DNA of 64,000 nucleotides from the NCBI GenBank assembly GCA_937929935.1, contig CALFUL010000009.1, forward strand, positions 19,748 through 83,747, written 5' to 3'. Each line of letters starts with the position of its first letter. The stretch's first letter is position 1. This document shows, one piece after another, positions 48,077 through 58,115 of this stretch. The translations under genes were made by a program, and so were the position numbers. The notes under the pieces are model-generated. The model was not told where the DNA came from. It did not search any database and saw only the letters and a program-made list of their open reading frames with translations. Source of the stretch: an uncultured Flavobacteriaceae bacterium (lineage in GTDB: Bacteria; Bacteroidota; Bacteroidia; Flavobacteriales; Flavobacteriaceae).

Positions 48077-48385
48077 TTTATCCCACTAAAACAATAGGTA
48101 TTTGTTATATTTTTTAAATTCATTAGGATATTAAAAGATTCTGATCTTAATTTGTGCTATACAAAGTTCAAACACGTATTGAATAGTTATCAAGAAAGGT
48201 GGAGGGATTAGACCCTTTGAAACCTTAGCAACCCTTGTCTCCAATGACAAGAAGGTGCTAAATTCTACCTCGTCCTGAATTTATTTCAGGACCTGTCGAA
48301 TATTTTCAACAGAATGAGGAAGGATAACAGTAACAAATTGTTTCAGCAATTTATTCACTTTCTTATAACTTTTTGATTTTACCTA
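48077..48385 (+). repeat. Direct repeat copy 2
   Basis: Begins TTTATCCCACTAAAAC and ends GATTTTACCTA, as does copy 1. Confidence 0.95.
48186..48328 (+). ncRNA. SAM-I riboswitch controlling the methionine operon
   Basis: Intact P1 GTTATC/GATAAC, kink-turn P2 GGTGGAGGGA..CCCTTTGAAACC, P3 AGCAACC..GGTGCT; directly upstream of metY. Confidence 0.93.
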
Positions 48386-48419
48386 GTCGCAATGTCGGCA
48401 TTCTAGGGTTTGGCTTTTT

Positions 48420-48445
48420 GTAATTCACGCGCAGGCGGGAATCTA
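48420..48445 (+). repeat. Degenerate ATTCCC-N8-GGGAAT type REP-like palindrome
   Basis: GTAATTCACGCGCAGGCGGGAATCTA in the metY leader. Confidence 0.4.
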
Positions 48446-48499
48446 TCATGAACCAGTATTCTCTAAAAAAAGAAAAGAGGTACACAAAAATTAAAAAAG

Positions 48500-49792
48500 A
48501 TGAGTACACAAAAATTAGCAACAAACGCATTACACGCAGGTCACGATCCAGCACAGAATGGAGGAGCAAGAGCAGTTCCTATTTATCAAACATCATCGTA
48601 TGTTTTTAATGACACAGACCACGCTGCGAATCTATTTTCACTAGCAGAATTAGGGTTTATCTATACACGTTTAAACAATCCTACGAATCAAATATTGCAA
48701 GATCGTTTAGCTGCCGTTGAAGGTGGAGTAGGAGCAGTAGTTTTTGCCTCTGGTACCGCAGCAATATCTACAGGTTTATTAACATTGCTAAAAGCAGGTG
48801 ATCATATCGTAGCTTCTAGTAGTTTATATGGTGGTACGTTCAATTTGCTGAATGTAACACTACCAAGATTAGGTATCACAACCACTTTTGTTGATGCTTC
48901 TAAACCGGAAACATTCGGAGAAGCGGTTCAAGAAAACACAAGAGCGATTTTTGTGGAATCTTTAGGTAATCCGAAACTAGATGTATTAGATTTAAAAGCC
49001 ATTTCTAAAGAAGCAAAAGCAGCGAAAGTTCCTTTTATAGTTGATAATACAGTTGCAACTCCAGGGCTATTAAATCCGATTGAGCATGGTGCGAACTTGG
49101 TGATTCATTCCCTAACAAAATATATTGGCGGTCACGGTTCTTCTTTAGGAGGAGCGATTATCGACGCAGGTACTTTCGATTGGACGAACGGAAAATTTCC
49201 CGAATTTACAGAACCATCGGCTGGGTATCATGGTTTAGTATACAGCGAAACTTTAGGAGCGGCAGCGTTTACTTTCAAATTAATCTTAGAGGGTTTAAGA
49301 GATTTCGGTGGTGCTTTGAGTCCGTTTAATGCTTTTCAAATCATACAAGGTTTAGAGACACTTCCAGTAAGAATCAAGCAGCATAGTGCGAATGCATTAG
49401 AGTTAGCAACTTGGTTAGAAGGAAGAGAAGAAGTGGCTTGGGTAAATTACCCAGGATTAAAAAGTAACGAATACTACGATCTAGCGCAAGAATATTTACC
49501 AAAAGGACAAAGCGGATTGGTAACTTTCGGAGTGAAAGGTGGCTTTGAAGCAGCTAAGAAATTGACTGATGCAACTAAAGTATTCTCGTTATTAGCAAAT
49601 ATTGGAGATACAAAATCATTAATCATTCACCCAGCAAGTACAACGCACCAACAATTAACAGCAGAGCAACAAGAATCTGCTGGTGTGGGTCAAGATTTAA
49701 TTCGTCTTTCTGTCGGGTTAGAAGATATTTCAGATCTAAAAACAGATTTAGAAAACGCTTTTGCTGCGATTGATAAATCGGTTTTGGCGTAA
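48500..49792 (+). CDS. metY: O-acetylhomoserine aminocarboxypropyltransferase (sulfhydrylase)
   Basis: PIYQTSSY, YTRLNNPT, HSLTKYIGGHG, LANIGD, HPASTTHQQL. Confidence 0.93.
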   Translation: MSTQKLATNALHAGHDPAQNGGARAVPIYQTSSYVFNDTDHAANLFSLAELGFIYTRLNNPTNQILQDRLAAVEGGVGAVVFASGTAAISTGLLTLLKAGDHIVASSSLYGGTFNLLNVTLPRLGITTTFVDASKPETFGEAVQENTRAIFVESLGNPKLDVLDLKAISKEAKAAKVPFIVDNTVATPGLLNPIEHGANLVIHSLTKYIGGHGSSLGGAIIDAGTFDWTNGKFPEFTEPSAGYHGLVYSETLGAAAFTFKLILEGLRDFGGALSPFNAFQIIQGLETLPVRIKQHSANALELATWLEGREEVAWVNYPGLKSNEYYDLAQEYLPKGQSGLVTFGVKGGFEAAKKLTDATKVFSLLANIGDTKSLIIHPASTTHQQLTAEQQESAGVGQDLIRLSVGLEDISDLKTDLENAFAAIDKSVLA

Positions 49793-49811
49793 AATTAATC
49801 GAACTGCTTAA

Positions 49812-49875
49812 CTGTCAGTTCGAGCGGAGTCGAGAACGAGGGTTAATTGCATCTCGACTCCGCTCGATGTGACAG
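49812..49875. repeat. REP-like inverted repeat, family B
   Basis: CTGTCAGTTCGAGCGGAGTCGAGA...TCTCGACTCCGCTCGATGTGACAG. Confidence 0.85.
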
Positions 49876-49897
49876 ATTTTAATTAATTAGCTATTTA

Positions 49898-52800
49898 ATG
49901 CTACATCACCTAAAAATAAAAAACTTTACTACCATAAGTGGTGCTACCCAAGACATTGATTTGTCATACCAAACCTTTGGTCAAAAATTGAATGAGGCCC
50001 CCATTGTATTGGTAAATCATGCTTTAACAGGTAATTCAAATGTTACTGGTAAAAGTGGTTGGTGGTCTTCGTTAATTGGTGATAGAAAATGTATTGATAC
50101 AAAGAAGTATACAATTTTATCCTTCAATATTCCGGGTAATGGTCATGATAAGTTTGTCATTGAAAATTACAAAGATTTTGTGGCCGGAGATATCGCACAA
50201 ATCTTTCTTTTAGGATTAAAACAGCTTCAAATAGAACAGCTTTTCGCTATTATAGGAGGTTCTTTAGGTGGAGGTATTGCTTGGGAAATGGCAGCTTTAA
50301 ACCCGAAGCTGACTCAACATTTGATTCCTGTTGCATCTGACTGGAAATCAACAGATTGGCTCATTGCAAATTGTCAAATTCAAGAACAATTTTTAGTTAA
50401 TTCTAAACAACCCGTTCATGATGCGCGCATGCATGCAATGCTTTGTTATAGAACGCCTGAATCTTTTAAAGAGCGTTTTCATAGAAGTACTAATGATGAG
50501 CTCAAAGTGTTCAACGTTGAGAGTTGGTTAATGCATCATGGCGAAAAATTGCAAGAGCGTTTTCAGCTTTCAGCTTATAAATTGATGAATCAATTATTAA
50601 AAACTATTGATATTACGCGCCATGGTGAAAAAGCATTTCTAAAGGTTCAAAATAGCGACACTAATATTCATATTATTGGGGTTGATTCAGATTTGTTTTT
50701 TACCGCGAAAGAGAATAAAGAAACCTTTAAACAATTAGCACAGGCCAATAGTAATGTGACTTATGGCGAAATACAATCACTGCACGGGCATGATGCATTT
50801 TTGATTGAATTTGAACAATTACAAAAATTGCTTGACGGAATTTTTAACCCAAAAAGCAGTACTAAAAAGATTAAAATATTAAAGTTTGGTGGGCAATCTT
50901 TAAGTAATGGTGAAGGCCTAGGTCGCGTGCTTGAAATTATTGTTACCAAAGTAAAAGAAGGCGAAAATATAGCGGTTGTTTTATCTGCTCGTGAAAAAGC
51001 AACGAATCAATTAGAGCTCATTTTAACTAAAGCGGCTGAAGGTAAAAACTACTTTAAAGATTTTGAAGCTTTTGAAAAGTACCAACAACATACGTATGCC
51101 AACGTTGATTTGTCACAAGAGTTTAAAGAATTAGCCAAGTTATTTGAAGGTGTTTCTCTTTTAGGCGATTATAGTCCTAAAATTAAAGATGAGGTACTTT
51201 CCTATGGCGAATTGATTTCGGGTAAATTAATTACTAAACTTTTGATTGGTAAAGGTTTAAAGGTTGCCTTTGTAGATTCAAGAAAGCATATTAAAACTGA
51301 CAATCATTTTGGTAATGCCAAGGTGCTTGAAACTGAATCGAAAGAGAATATCAACCAAGCTTTGAATGCTTTAAGAAACGGAGTGGTGCCAATTTTAACC
51401 GGCTTTATTGCCTCAAATATAATGGGTCACACCACAACCTTAGGAAGAAACGGAAGTAATTATACGGCCTCATTGATGGCTAATTTTTTAGATGCTGAAG
51501 AGTTACAAAACTACACGCATGTAAATGGCATATTTACTGCGAACCCTGATTATGTTTCTGATGCTAAAATGTTAGCACATTTATCGTATGAAGAAGCGAA
51601 TGAACTGGCGAATTTCGGGGCAACTATTTTGCATGCCAAAACAATCATACCGCTCATTGAGAAGAACATTCCGCTACGTATTCTCAATACTTTTAATGAT
51701 GACAATCAAGGCACATTGATTAGTGCTAAGTCTAGTAAAGAGGGTATTAAATCATTATCGGTTATTGAAGATGTTGCGTTGATTAATTTAGAAGGTAGGG
51801 GGCTGCTCGGAAAAGTGGGTATTGATGCCCGAATTTTCAAAACCCTTGATCAGCACAACATCAATGTTAGTATCATTTCTCAAGGATCTTCAGAAAGGGG
51901 TATTGGTTTGGTGGTCAATAAAAATCGTGCTCTTGAAGCTAAAGAAGCATTGGGTAAAGAATTTAGTGGCGATTTCAAGACAAAAGATTTAAATGTCATT
52001 ACCGTTGTTGATGAGGTCTCAGTAATTTCAATTGTTGGGCAAGATTTAAGTACTTTTCATAAACCGTACAACGCCCTAATTAAAAATCAAATCATTCCGT
52101 TATTATTCAACAATACGGTTTCAGGTAAAAATGTGAGTATGGTGGTTCGCAAAGCGGATATGAAAAAAGCCCTGAATGTAATGCACGGCCAAATTTTTGG
52201 TTTCAGTAAAAAAGTAAATCTTGTCATTTTCGGACATGGTAATGTAGGCGGTACGCTGATTGACCAGATTTTAAAATCTTCAGAGACTATTGCCAAACGA
52301 AAAGGAATTGATTTGAATGTATTCGCGGTTGCCAATTCAAGAAAAATTCTTTTAAACCAAAACGGAATTCCTAAAGGATGGAAAAAATCGCTTGTTACTA
52401 AAGGCAAAAAATATACGATTGAGACCGTTTTTGAATTCGCAAAGCAGCATCATTTAGAAAATCTTATTCTAGTTGATAATACCGCTAGTGAAGATTTTGT
52501 AGCTAATTATTTTGAATTTGTTGAGCACGGCTTTGATATTGTATCCTCAAATAAAATTGCAAACACATTAAGTTTTAATTTTTACCAATTGTTGCGTGAA
52601 GAATTAGAAAAAAATCAAAAGCAGTATTTATATGAAACTAATGTGGGTGCTGGTTTGCCATTAATTGATACGATAAAATTACTGCATTTATCAGGGGAAA
52701 ACATCACACGAATTAAAGGGGTTTTTTCAGGTAGTCTCAGTTATATTTTCAATACTTTTTCAGAAGTTAATGCTCCTTTTTCACAGATTTTAAAAGATGC

Positions 52801-53284
52801 AATGCATCAAGGTTTTACAGAACCTGACCCGCGAGAAGATTTATCAGGAAACGATGTGGGCAGAAAACTGTTGATTTTAGCACGAGAGTTAGATTTAAAA
52901 AATGAATTTTCAGATATAACTATTCACAATTTAATTCCGGAACAATTGAGAGTAGGCACACCAGATCATTTTCTTAGTAACCTCGGAATGCTTGACGATA
53001 CCTTTAATGAAATAAAGAAGAATCAAAAAGAAGGTCATGTTTTAAGATATGTTGGCGATCTGCACGGAAATCTTCAAAAAGAAAAAGGAATTTTAGATGT
53101 GAAATTAATATCAGTACCTAAAGAAAGTGCATTGGGTCAAGTAAAAGGCTCTGATTCAATTATTGAAATTTATACAGAGTCGTACGGAGAGAATCCGCTG
53201 GTCATTCAGGGTGCTGGTGCTGGAGCATCAGTTACTGCTAGAGGGGTTTTTGGCGATATCTTGAGAATTGCAGAAAAAGGATAA
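49898..53284 (+). CDS. thrA: Fusion of homoserine O-acetyltransferase-like hydrolase, aspartate kinase and homoserine dehydrogenase
   Basis: HALTG, GGSLGG, HGHDAFL (MetX); KFGG, TLGRNGSNYTA (AK); GHGNVG, YETNVGAGLP, GFTEPDPREDL, GAGA (HSD). Confidence 0.9.
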   Translation: MLHHLKIKNFTTISGATQDIDLSYQTFGQKLNEAPIVLVNHALTGNSNVTGKSGWWSSLIGDRKCIDTKKYTILSFNIPGNGHDKFVIENYKDFVAGDIAQIFLLGLKQLQIEQLFAIIGGSLGGGIAWEMAALNPKLTQHLIPVASDWKSTDWLIANCQIQEQFLVNSKQPVHDARMHAMLCYRTPESFKERFHRSTNDELKVFNVESWLMHHGEKLQERFQLSAYKLMNQLLKTIDITRHGEKAFLKVQNSDTNIHIIGVDSDLFFTAKENKETFKQLAQANSNVTYGEIQSLHGHDAFLIEFEQLQKLLDGIFNPKSSTKKIKILKFGGQSLSNGEGLGRVLEIIVTKVKEGENIAVVLSAREKATNQLELILTKAAEGKNYFKDFEAFEKYQQHTYANVDLSQEFKELAKLFEGVSLLGDYSPKIKDEVLSYGELISGKLITKLLIGKGLKVAFVDSRKHIKTDNHFGNAKVLETESKENINQALNALRNGVVPILTGFIASNIMGHTTTLGRNGSNYTASLMANFLDAEELQNYTHVNGIFTANPDYVSDAKMLAHLSYEEANELANFGATILHAKTIIPLIEKNIPLRILNTFNDDNQGTLISAKSSKEGIKSLSVIEDVALINLEGRGLLGKVGIDARIFKTLDQHNINVSIISQGSSERGIGLVVNKNRALEAKEALGKEFSGDFKTKDLNVITVVDEVSVISIVGQDLSTFHKPYNALIKNQIIPLLFNNTVSGKNVSMVVRKADMKKALNVMHGQIFGFSKKVNLVIFGHGNVGGTLIDQILKSSETIAKRKGIDLNVFAVANSRKILLNQNGIPKGWKKSLVTKGKKYTIETVFEFAKQHHLENLILVDNTASEDFVANYFEFVEHGFDIVSSNKIANTLSFNFYQLLREELEKNQKQYLYETNVGAGLPLIDTIKLLHLSGENITRIKGVFSGSLSYIFNTFSEVNAPFSQILKDAMHQGFTEPDPREDLSGNDVGRKLLILARELDLKNEFSDITIHNLIPEQLRVGTPDHFLSNLGMLDDTFNEIKKNQKEGHVLRYVGDLHGNLQKEKGILDVKLISVPKESALGQVKGSDSIIEIYTESYGENPLVIQGAGAGASVTARGVFGDILRIAEKG

Positions 53285-53309
53285 AGCCCCCTAACCCCAT
53301 AGGGGGAAT
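53285..53309 (+). repeat. GC-rich REP-like element, family C
   Basis: AGCCCCCTAACCCCATAGGGGGAAT, nearly the reverse complement of 25781-25806. Confidence 0.65.
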
Positions 53310-53363
53310 TAAATAGTTTGAGTTATGAATGCGGCTTATTGCAGCCAAAATGAATAAAAGTAC

Positions 53364-54530
53364 ATGAGCAAAAACAAATTTGAAACCAACGCCATACGAA
53401 ACCAATTAGAACGTTCACAAAATTTGGAGCATTCAGTACCAATGTACTTGACTTCAAGTTTTGTGTTTGAAGACGCAGAAGATATGCGCGCTTCTTTTGC
53501 AGAGGAAAAAGAACGGAATATCTATTCTAGGTACTCGAATCCGAATTCGAATGAGTTTGTAGATAAGGTTTGCCAAATGGAAGGAGCCGAAGCAGGTTTT
53601 GCTTTCGCTTCTGGTATGGCAGCTGTATTTTCGACCTTTGCATCACTTTTAGATAGCGGAGACCATATTGTTGCTGCACGTAATATTTTTGGTTCTACAC
53701 ATTCACTTTTTACCAACTTTCTTCCGAAATGGAATATATCGCATTCGTATTTTAAAATTGACGAGCTAGATACTATTGAAAGTTTGATAACGCCTAAAAC
53801 AAAGATTCTTTATGCGGAGTCTCCAACGAACCCAGGAGTTGATATTGTTGATTTAGAGGCATTGGGCGTGATTGCTAAAAAGCATAATCTGATTTTAATC
53901 ATTGATAACTGTTTTGCTTCTCCTTATTTGCAACAACCAATTAAATTCGGAGCTGATTTAGTAATTCATTCAGGCACTAAACTAATGGACGGTCAAGGCC
54001 GTGTTTTAGCAGGAATAACAGTTGGTAGCAAAGATTTAATAGAAAAAATATATCGCTTTTCAAGAATCACAGGTCCGGCGCTTTCGCCGTTTAATGCTTG
54101 GGTAATTTCTAAGAGTTTAGAGACTTTGGCCGTACGTGTAGATCGTCATTGTGAAAATGCGTTAAAACTAGCCGAATTTTTAGAAGGTCATAAAAAAGTA
54201 AATTGGGTACGCTACCCGTTTTTGAAATCGCATCCGAAGTATGAGATTGCGAAGAAACAAATGAAAGCAGGTGGTTGTGTAGTTGCTTTTGAAGTCAAAG
54301 GCGGACTAGATGCAGGTCAGAAATTCTTTGATTCAATCAAATTGTTATCGCTATCTGCGAATCTGGGAGATTCACGAAGTATTGTGACACATCCTGCCTC
54401 TACAACACATAGTAAATTGTCGATAGAAGAAAGAGCTGAAACTGGCATAACTGATGGTATGGTTAGAGTATCTGTAGGTCTAGAGCATATTGATGATATT
54501 ATTCGTGATATTCATCAGGCTTTGAAATAA
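53364..54530 (+). CDS. metZ: Trans-sulfuration PLP enzyme (O-succinylhomoserine sulfhydrylase/MetZ-like)
   Basis: YSRYSNPN, ASGMAA, ESPTNP, HSGTKLMDGQGR, HPASTTH, RVSVGLE. Confidence 0.8.
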   Translation: MSKNKFETNAIRNQLERSQNLEHSVPMYLTSSFVFEDAEDMRASFAEEKERNIYSRYSNPNSNEFVDKVCQMEGAEAGFAFASGMAAVFSTFASLLDSGDHIVAARNIFGSTHSLFTNFLPKWNISHSYFKIDELDTIESLITPKTKILYAESPTNPGVDIVDLEALGVIAKKHNLILIIDNCFASPYLQQPIKFGADLVIHSGTKLMDGQGRVLAGITVGSKDLIEKIYRFSRITGPALSPFNAWVISKSLETLAVRVDRHCENALKLAEFLEGHKKVNWVRYPFLKSHPKYEIAKKQMKAGGCVVAFEVKGGLDAGQKFFDSIKLLSLSANLGDSRSIVTHPASTTHSKLSIEERAETGITDGMVRVSVGLEHIDDIIRDIHQALK

Positions 54531-54560
54531 AAAAAGCAGAGTCTAAAAGTAACTCTGCTT
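54531..54560. terminator. Hairpin between convergent genes
   Basis: AAGCAGAGT-CTAAAAGTA-ACTCTGCTT. Confidence 0.6.
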
Positions 54561-54590
54561 ATAATAAAATTTATAAAATTAGTATTGTGT

Positions 54591-55142
54591 TTATTTTTCT
54601 AAGGTAATTGTAACAGTTCCTGAATTGATAAATTGAACATCGCTTGATTCATCTGAAAGTATTTCTTCAAAGTCAAAGGTGATTACCATTTTAGAATCAG
54701 AAAACTCGCTTATAAGAACTTCAGTTTCTTCATCGCCGTTAATAAAAATTAGAGTGTTATTATCAATTCTCCATTCAGAAGCTTTTAGGGCTGAAAATGC
54801 AATAGATTCTTGTGTTTGAATTTCCCCAAACACTGTAGAAGTAAGAACTACACCATACTGACCATTACTAGTGACAGTTTTTGGGTCTTCACTAAAGGTA
54901 ATAGTCATGTCATAATCTTTACCAACTGAGCTGAAATTTATTGTTGAACTTTGGTTTCCAACTAACGTTGTGTTTTTACCATCTTCTTGTATGTAACCAG
55001 TTAATTGCCAGTCACCTTTAAGACTAGTTTCTTCAATCGCATTATTTTTTTCCACATTATTTTCAGCTGCGTCATTTTCTTTTTCGCAAGAGATAAAAAA
55101 TGAGGTAATGGCTAAGAGTAAAATTAGATTTAATTTTTTCAT
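54591..55142 (-). CDS. Lipoprotein, lipocalin-like domain
   Basis: Lipobox FISC; L.G.W.L motif (LKGDWQL); beta-rich. Confidence 0.7.
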   Translation of the reverse strand: MKKLNLILLLAITSFFISCEKENDAAENNVEKNNAIEETSLKGDWQLTGYIQEDGKNTTLVGNQSSTINFSSVGKDYDMTITFSEDPKTVTSNGQYGVVLTSTVFGEIQTQESIAFSALKASEWRIDNNTLIFINGDEETEVLISEFSDSKMVITFDFEEILSDESSDVQFINSGTVTITLEK

Positions 55143-55412
55143 TATTTTGATTTAGGTTGAATTCCAATAACGCTTACGAGATGATAAAATTATATGTAGT
55201 ACTTAATAATTAATTGAAATTTGTACAATTAGTGTAATTGAACATCTGAAAATCAAGAATTGAATTTGTTAATGAATGCTATAAATGAGGAAATTAAAAC
55301 ATTATAGTTGTCTTCTCATAAAGGAAGCGTTTTGAGCTAATTTGTACGGTAAAAAAAACAGCTAGTAATTCAGTTTCTGTTTTTTCATAGTCGGTTCTTG
55401 TTCATTGTCAAG

Positions 55413-55548
55413 GCCTCAACTATCACACAGTAAATTAATCAGTGAAGAATGTCAAGAAACAGAAATATCTGAAGATATGATACATGTTTTTGTTGGACTA
55501 GAACATGTAGATGATATCATTCGTGATATTCATCAGGCTTTAGATTAA
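55413..55548 (+). pseudogene. Degenerate duplicate of the metZ 3' end
   Basis: Translates to SHSKLISEECQETEISEDMIHVFVGLEHVDDIIRDIHQALD* versus metZ THSKLSIEERAETGITDGMVRVSVGLEHIDDIIRDIHQALK*; frameshifted at its 5' end, no start codon. Confidence 0.85.
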
Positions 55549-56001
55549 TTAATGCGCAATCTCATGCGTATCTCTTACTTTACTAAAAGTCAGGTCTAGA
55601 AGTTTCCAATCTTCTCCCTCCTTATGGTAAAATTCGGTCACAGTAAATTCATTAGAAACATCATTGCCCCTAACATGCGCGATAAGTGTAATTCTATTCC
55701 AGAGCATTACGGTATCATCTGCTATAATTTCAATAACCACATCATGAATATCAGCTTGTTTATACCAAATGCTTCCTGATTTGATGATTTCTAATTCTCG
55801 ATCTTTTTTCCAAGAGCCGCTCATGTGCACAAATCTTGATTGGTCATGAAACAGGGTGCTAAGTTTTTCAACATCCTTATCGGCCATCCATTCCCATTTT
55901 GCTTTAGAAAGCTGCGTAATTTGTTGTTTAATAGTGATGTCTTGTGCAAATGAATTCGCACAAAATGTGATTAATAATAATGCAATGTATATTGTTCTCA
56001 T
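55549..56001 (-). CDS. NTF2-like (DUF4440-like) exported protein
   Basis: Signal peptide; L.H....FVH.SG and TE.Y...G..WKL patterns. Confidence 0.75.
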   Translation of the reverse strand: MRTIYIALLLITFCANSFAQDITIKQQITQLSKAKWEWMADKDVEKLSTLFHDQSRFVHMSGSWKKDRELEIIKSGSIWYKQADIHDVVIEIIADDTVMLWNRITLIAHVRGNDVSNEFTVTEFYHKEGEDWKLLDLTFSKVRDTHEIAH

Positions 56002-56034
56002 TACGCTAAAGTTAGATTGATACTAAGTAATGTT

Positions 56035-56952
56035 TTACTCGAAGCCAATTTTTTTAATGCCTTCATGACTGACCTTGATGGCTTCAAGAGGCTCCATAGT
56101 AAAAGTTCTATCCTGTTCAACCAAATAGTATTTCATGCCAGATTTTTCTTTTTCTGCTAGAATACGCCCAAAATCAATGGTTCCTTTGCCAACGGGGGCA
56201 AATTTTCCTTCTTGATCCATGTCTTTTACGTGCCATGATTTAAAGCGGCCGGGGTACTTTTCAAAATACGCCAAAGGGTCAGCACCAGCTTTGGTAACCC
56301 AAAATAAATCCATCTGAAAATTTACATGATCAGGGTTACAATTTTCTAGCAAATAATCAATAGGTACAATACCTTCTTCATCTTTTTTAAACTCAAAATC
56401 ATGATTGTGATAGAGTAATTTGAGTCCGGCAGCACTTGCCTTTTTTCCTAGAGTATCTAATATCTCAGCTAAATTCTTAGCGCCACCAGTCATACTCATT
56501 GTATTGGTAGCTCCATCATAATTGAAGAGTCCCATTGGTGGAATTGGCACTACAAAATACTCAAAACCAGCTGCCTTGGCATGCGCCATTTCTGTTTCTG
56601 CGTTTTCAAGTGTAACACTACTTTGATGCGTGCTGATTGGGTTTAACCCTAATGATGTTACATACGTACTAAAATCTGTAGGCGACATATTATAATATGT
56701 GCCATTGTTGTATCCGGCAGCTTCAATATTTTTATAACCCGTTTCGGCTACGGTTTTTAGCGTTGCTTTTGCATCTTCAGTCATCGCATCGCGAACGGTA
56801 TACAATGCTAAACCACCAACTTGAGTTGTTTCAATGCTTACTTCTTCTTGACCACCACTTTGGTTGTTAGTATTGTTATTACCCATTTTGCATGAAGTTA
56901 ATTCTGCAATACATAAGATAAGTAGGGCTGATTTAAATATTGAATTCTTCAT
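56035..56952 (-). CDS. Sugar phosphate isomerase/epimerase (xylose-isomerase-like TIM barrel) lipoprotein
   Basis: Lipobox LTSC; LYTVRD, YHNHDFEF, QMDLFW, HVKD, VEQD; start moved to MKNS. Confidence 0.85.
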   Translation of the reverse strand: MKNSIFKSALLILCIAELTSCKMGNNNTNNQSGGQEEVSIETTQVGGLALYTVRDAMTEDAKATLKTVAETGYKNIEAAGYNNGTYYNMSPTDFSTYVTSLGLNPISTHQSSVTLENAETEMAHAKAAGFEYFVVPIPPMGLFNYDGATNTMSMTGGAKNLAEILDTLGKKASAAGLKLLYHNHDFEFKKDEEGIVPIDYLLENCNPDHVNFQMDLFWVTKAGADPLAYFEKYPGRFKSWHVKDMDQEGKFAPVGKGTIDFGRILAEKEKSGMKYYLVEQDRTFTMEPLEAIKVSHEGIKKIGFE

Positions 56953-57107
56953 AGGGTTCGAAATTGGTTGATGATTTATTATTTGGTTCAAGTTAGAAAA
57001 TTTAATTATAGTATGTTAAAAATGACGCGTTGATTCTATCAATTTAGTAAATTGTTAGAATCCAAGAAGTTGTTTGTAATTTGTATATCCTTTAAAAATA
57101 AAACATT

Positions 57108-57992
57108 ATGAAAGCCATAAAAAAAGAAGATATTGATCAGGGTGTTTTTGATTTGTATGATGATTATGCCCACAATAGAGTAAGTAGAAGGTTGTTTTTA
57201 GATAAATTATCAACCTATGCGGTTGGCGGATTAACAGTGTCATCTTTATTAGGATTTGTATCGCCTGATTATATCAAAAAAATTCAGATTAAACAGGAAG
57301 ACCCACGTTTGACGTCTACATTTATTGAATACAATTCAGAAAAAGGAGGCGGAATAATTAAAGGACTTTTGTCGCGCCCCGTTGATGCGAAAGAAAAATT
57401 ACCAGGTATTATTGTGGTTCATGAAAATAGAGGCTTGAATCCGCATATTGAAGATGTAGGTAGGCGAGCAGGTTTGGCGGGTTTTATTTCATTAGCACCT
57501 GATGCTTTAACACCTCTTGGTGGGTACCCAGGTACAGATGATGAAGGTCGTGAATTGCAACGTAAAAGAGACCGCAATGAAATGTTAGAAGATTTTATTG
57601 CGGCTTTTGAATACCTCAAAAAACATCCAGAATGCAATGGAAGTGTTGGGGTTGTAGGGTTTTGTTTTGGAGGATGGATCTCAAATATGATGGCAGTGAA
57701 AGTGCCAACTTTAAAAGCAGCGGTGCCGTTTTATGGCGGGCAGCCCAAAGAAGATATTGATAAAATAAATGCTCCATTACTACTGCATTTTGGAGCATTA
57801 GACAAACGTGTCAACGCGGGCTGGCCAGATTATGAAATAGCTTTAAAAGCGAATAGTAAAGAATACGAAGCGCATTTTTATAAAGATGCGAATCATGGTT
57901 TTCATAATGATACCACCCCAAGATATGATCGTGAAGATGCAGAATTAGCTTGGAAACGTACCATTGCATTTTTTAAAGAGAAATTGAGCTGA
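57108..57992 (+). CDS. Dienelactone hydrolase family protein (YghX-like)
   Basis: HENRGLNPHIEDV, GFCFGG, HGFHNDTTPRY. Confidence 0.9.
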   Translation: MKAIKKEDIDQGVFDLYDDYAHNRVSRRLFLDKLSTYAVGGLTVSSLLGFVSPDYIKKIQIKQEDPRLTSTFIEYNSEKGGGIIKGLLSRPVDAKEKLPGIIVVHENRGLNPHIEDVGRRAGLAGFISLAPDALTPLGGYPGTDDEGRELQRKRDRNEMLEDFIAAFEYLKKHPECNGSVGVVGFCFGGWISNMMAVKVPTLKAAVPFYGGQPKEDIDKINAPLLLHFGALDKRVNAGWPDYEIALKANSKEYEAHFYKDANHGFHNDTTPRYDREDAELAWKRTIAFFKEKLS

Positions 57993-58115
57993 ATTCAGTA
58001 ATCTGAAGTTAAAATCGAATTCTCTTTAATTGCCCTTTTGCAATGTTTTTCTGACACCTAATACTTATTTTCTTAAATTTCCGTTAGGAAAACATTAACA
58101 ATTTAAATTATACGC

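Noticed and set aside
48363-48569. 68-aa minus-strand ORF over the metY leader
   Set aside because: Overlaps the riboswitch platform and metY start; low-complexity translation with no recognisable family.
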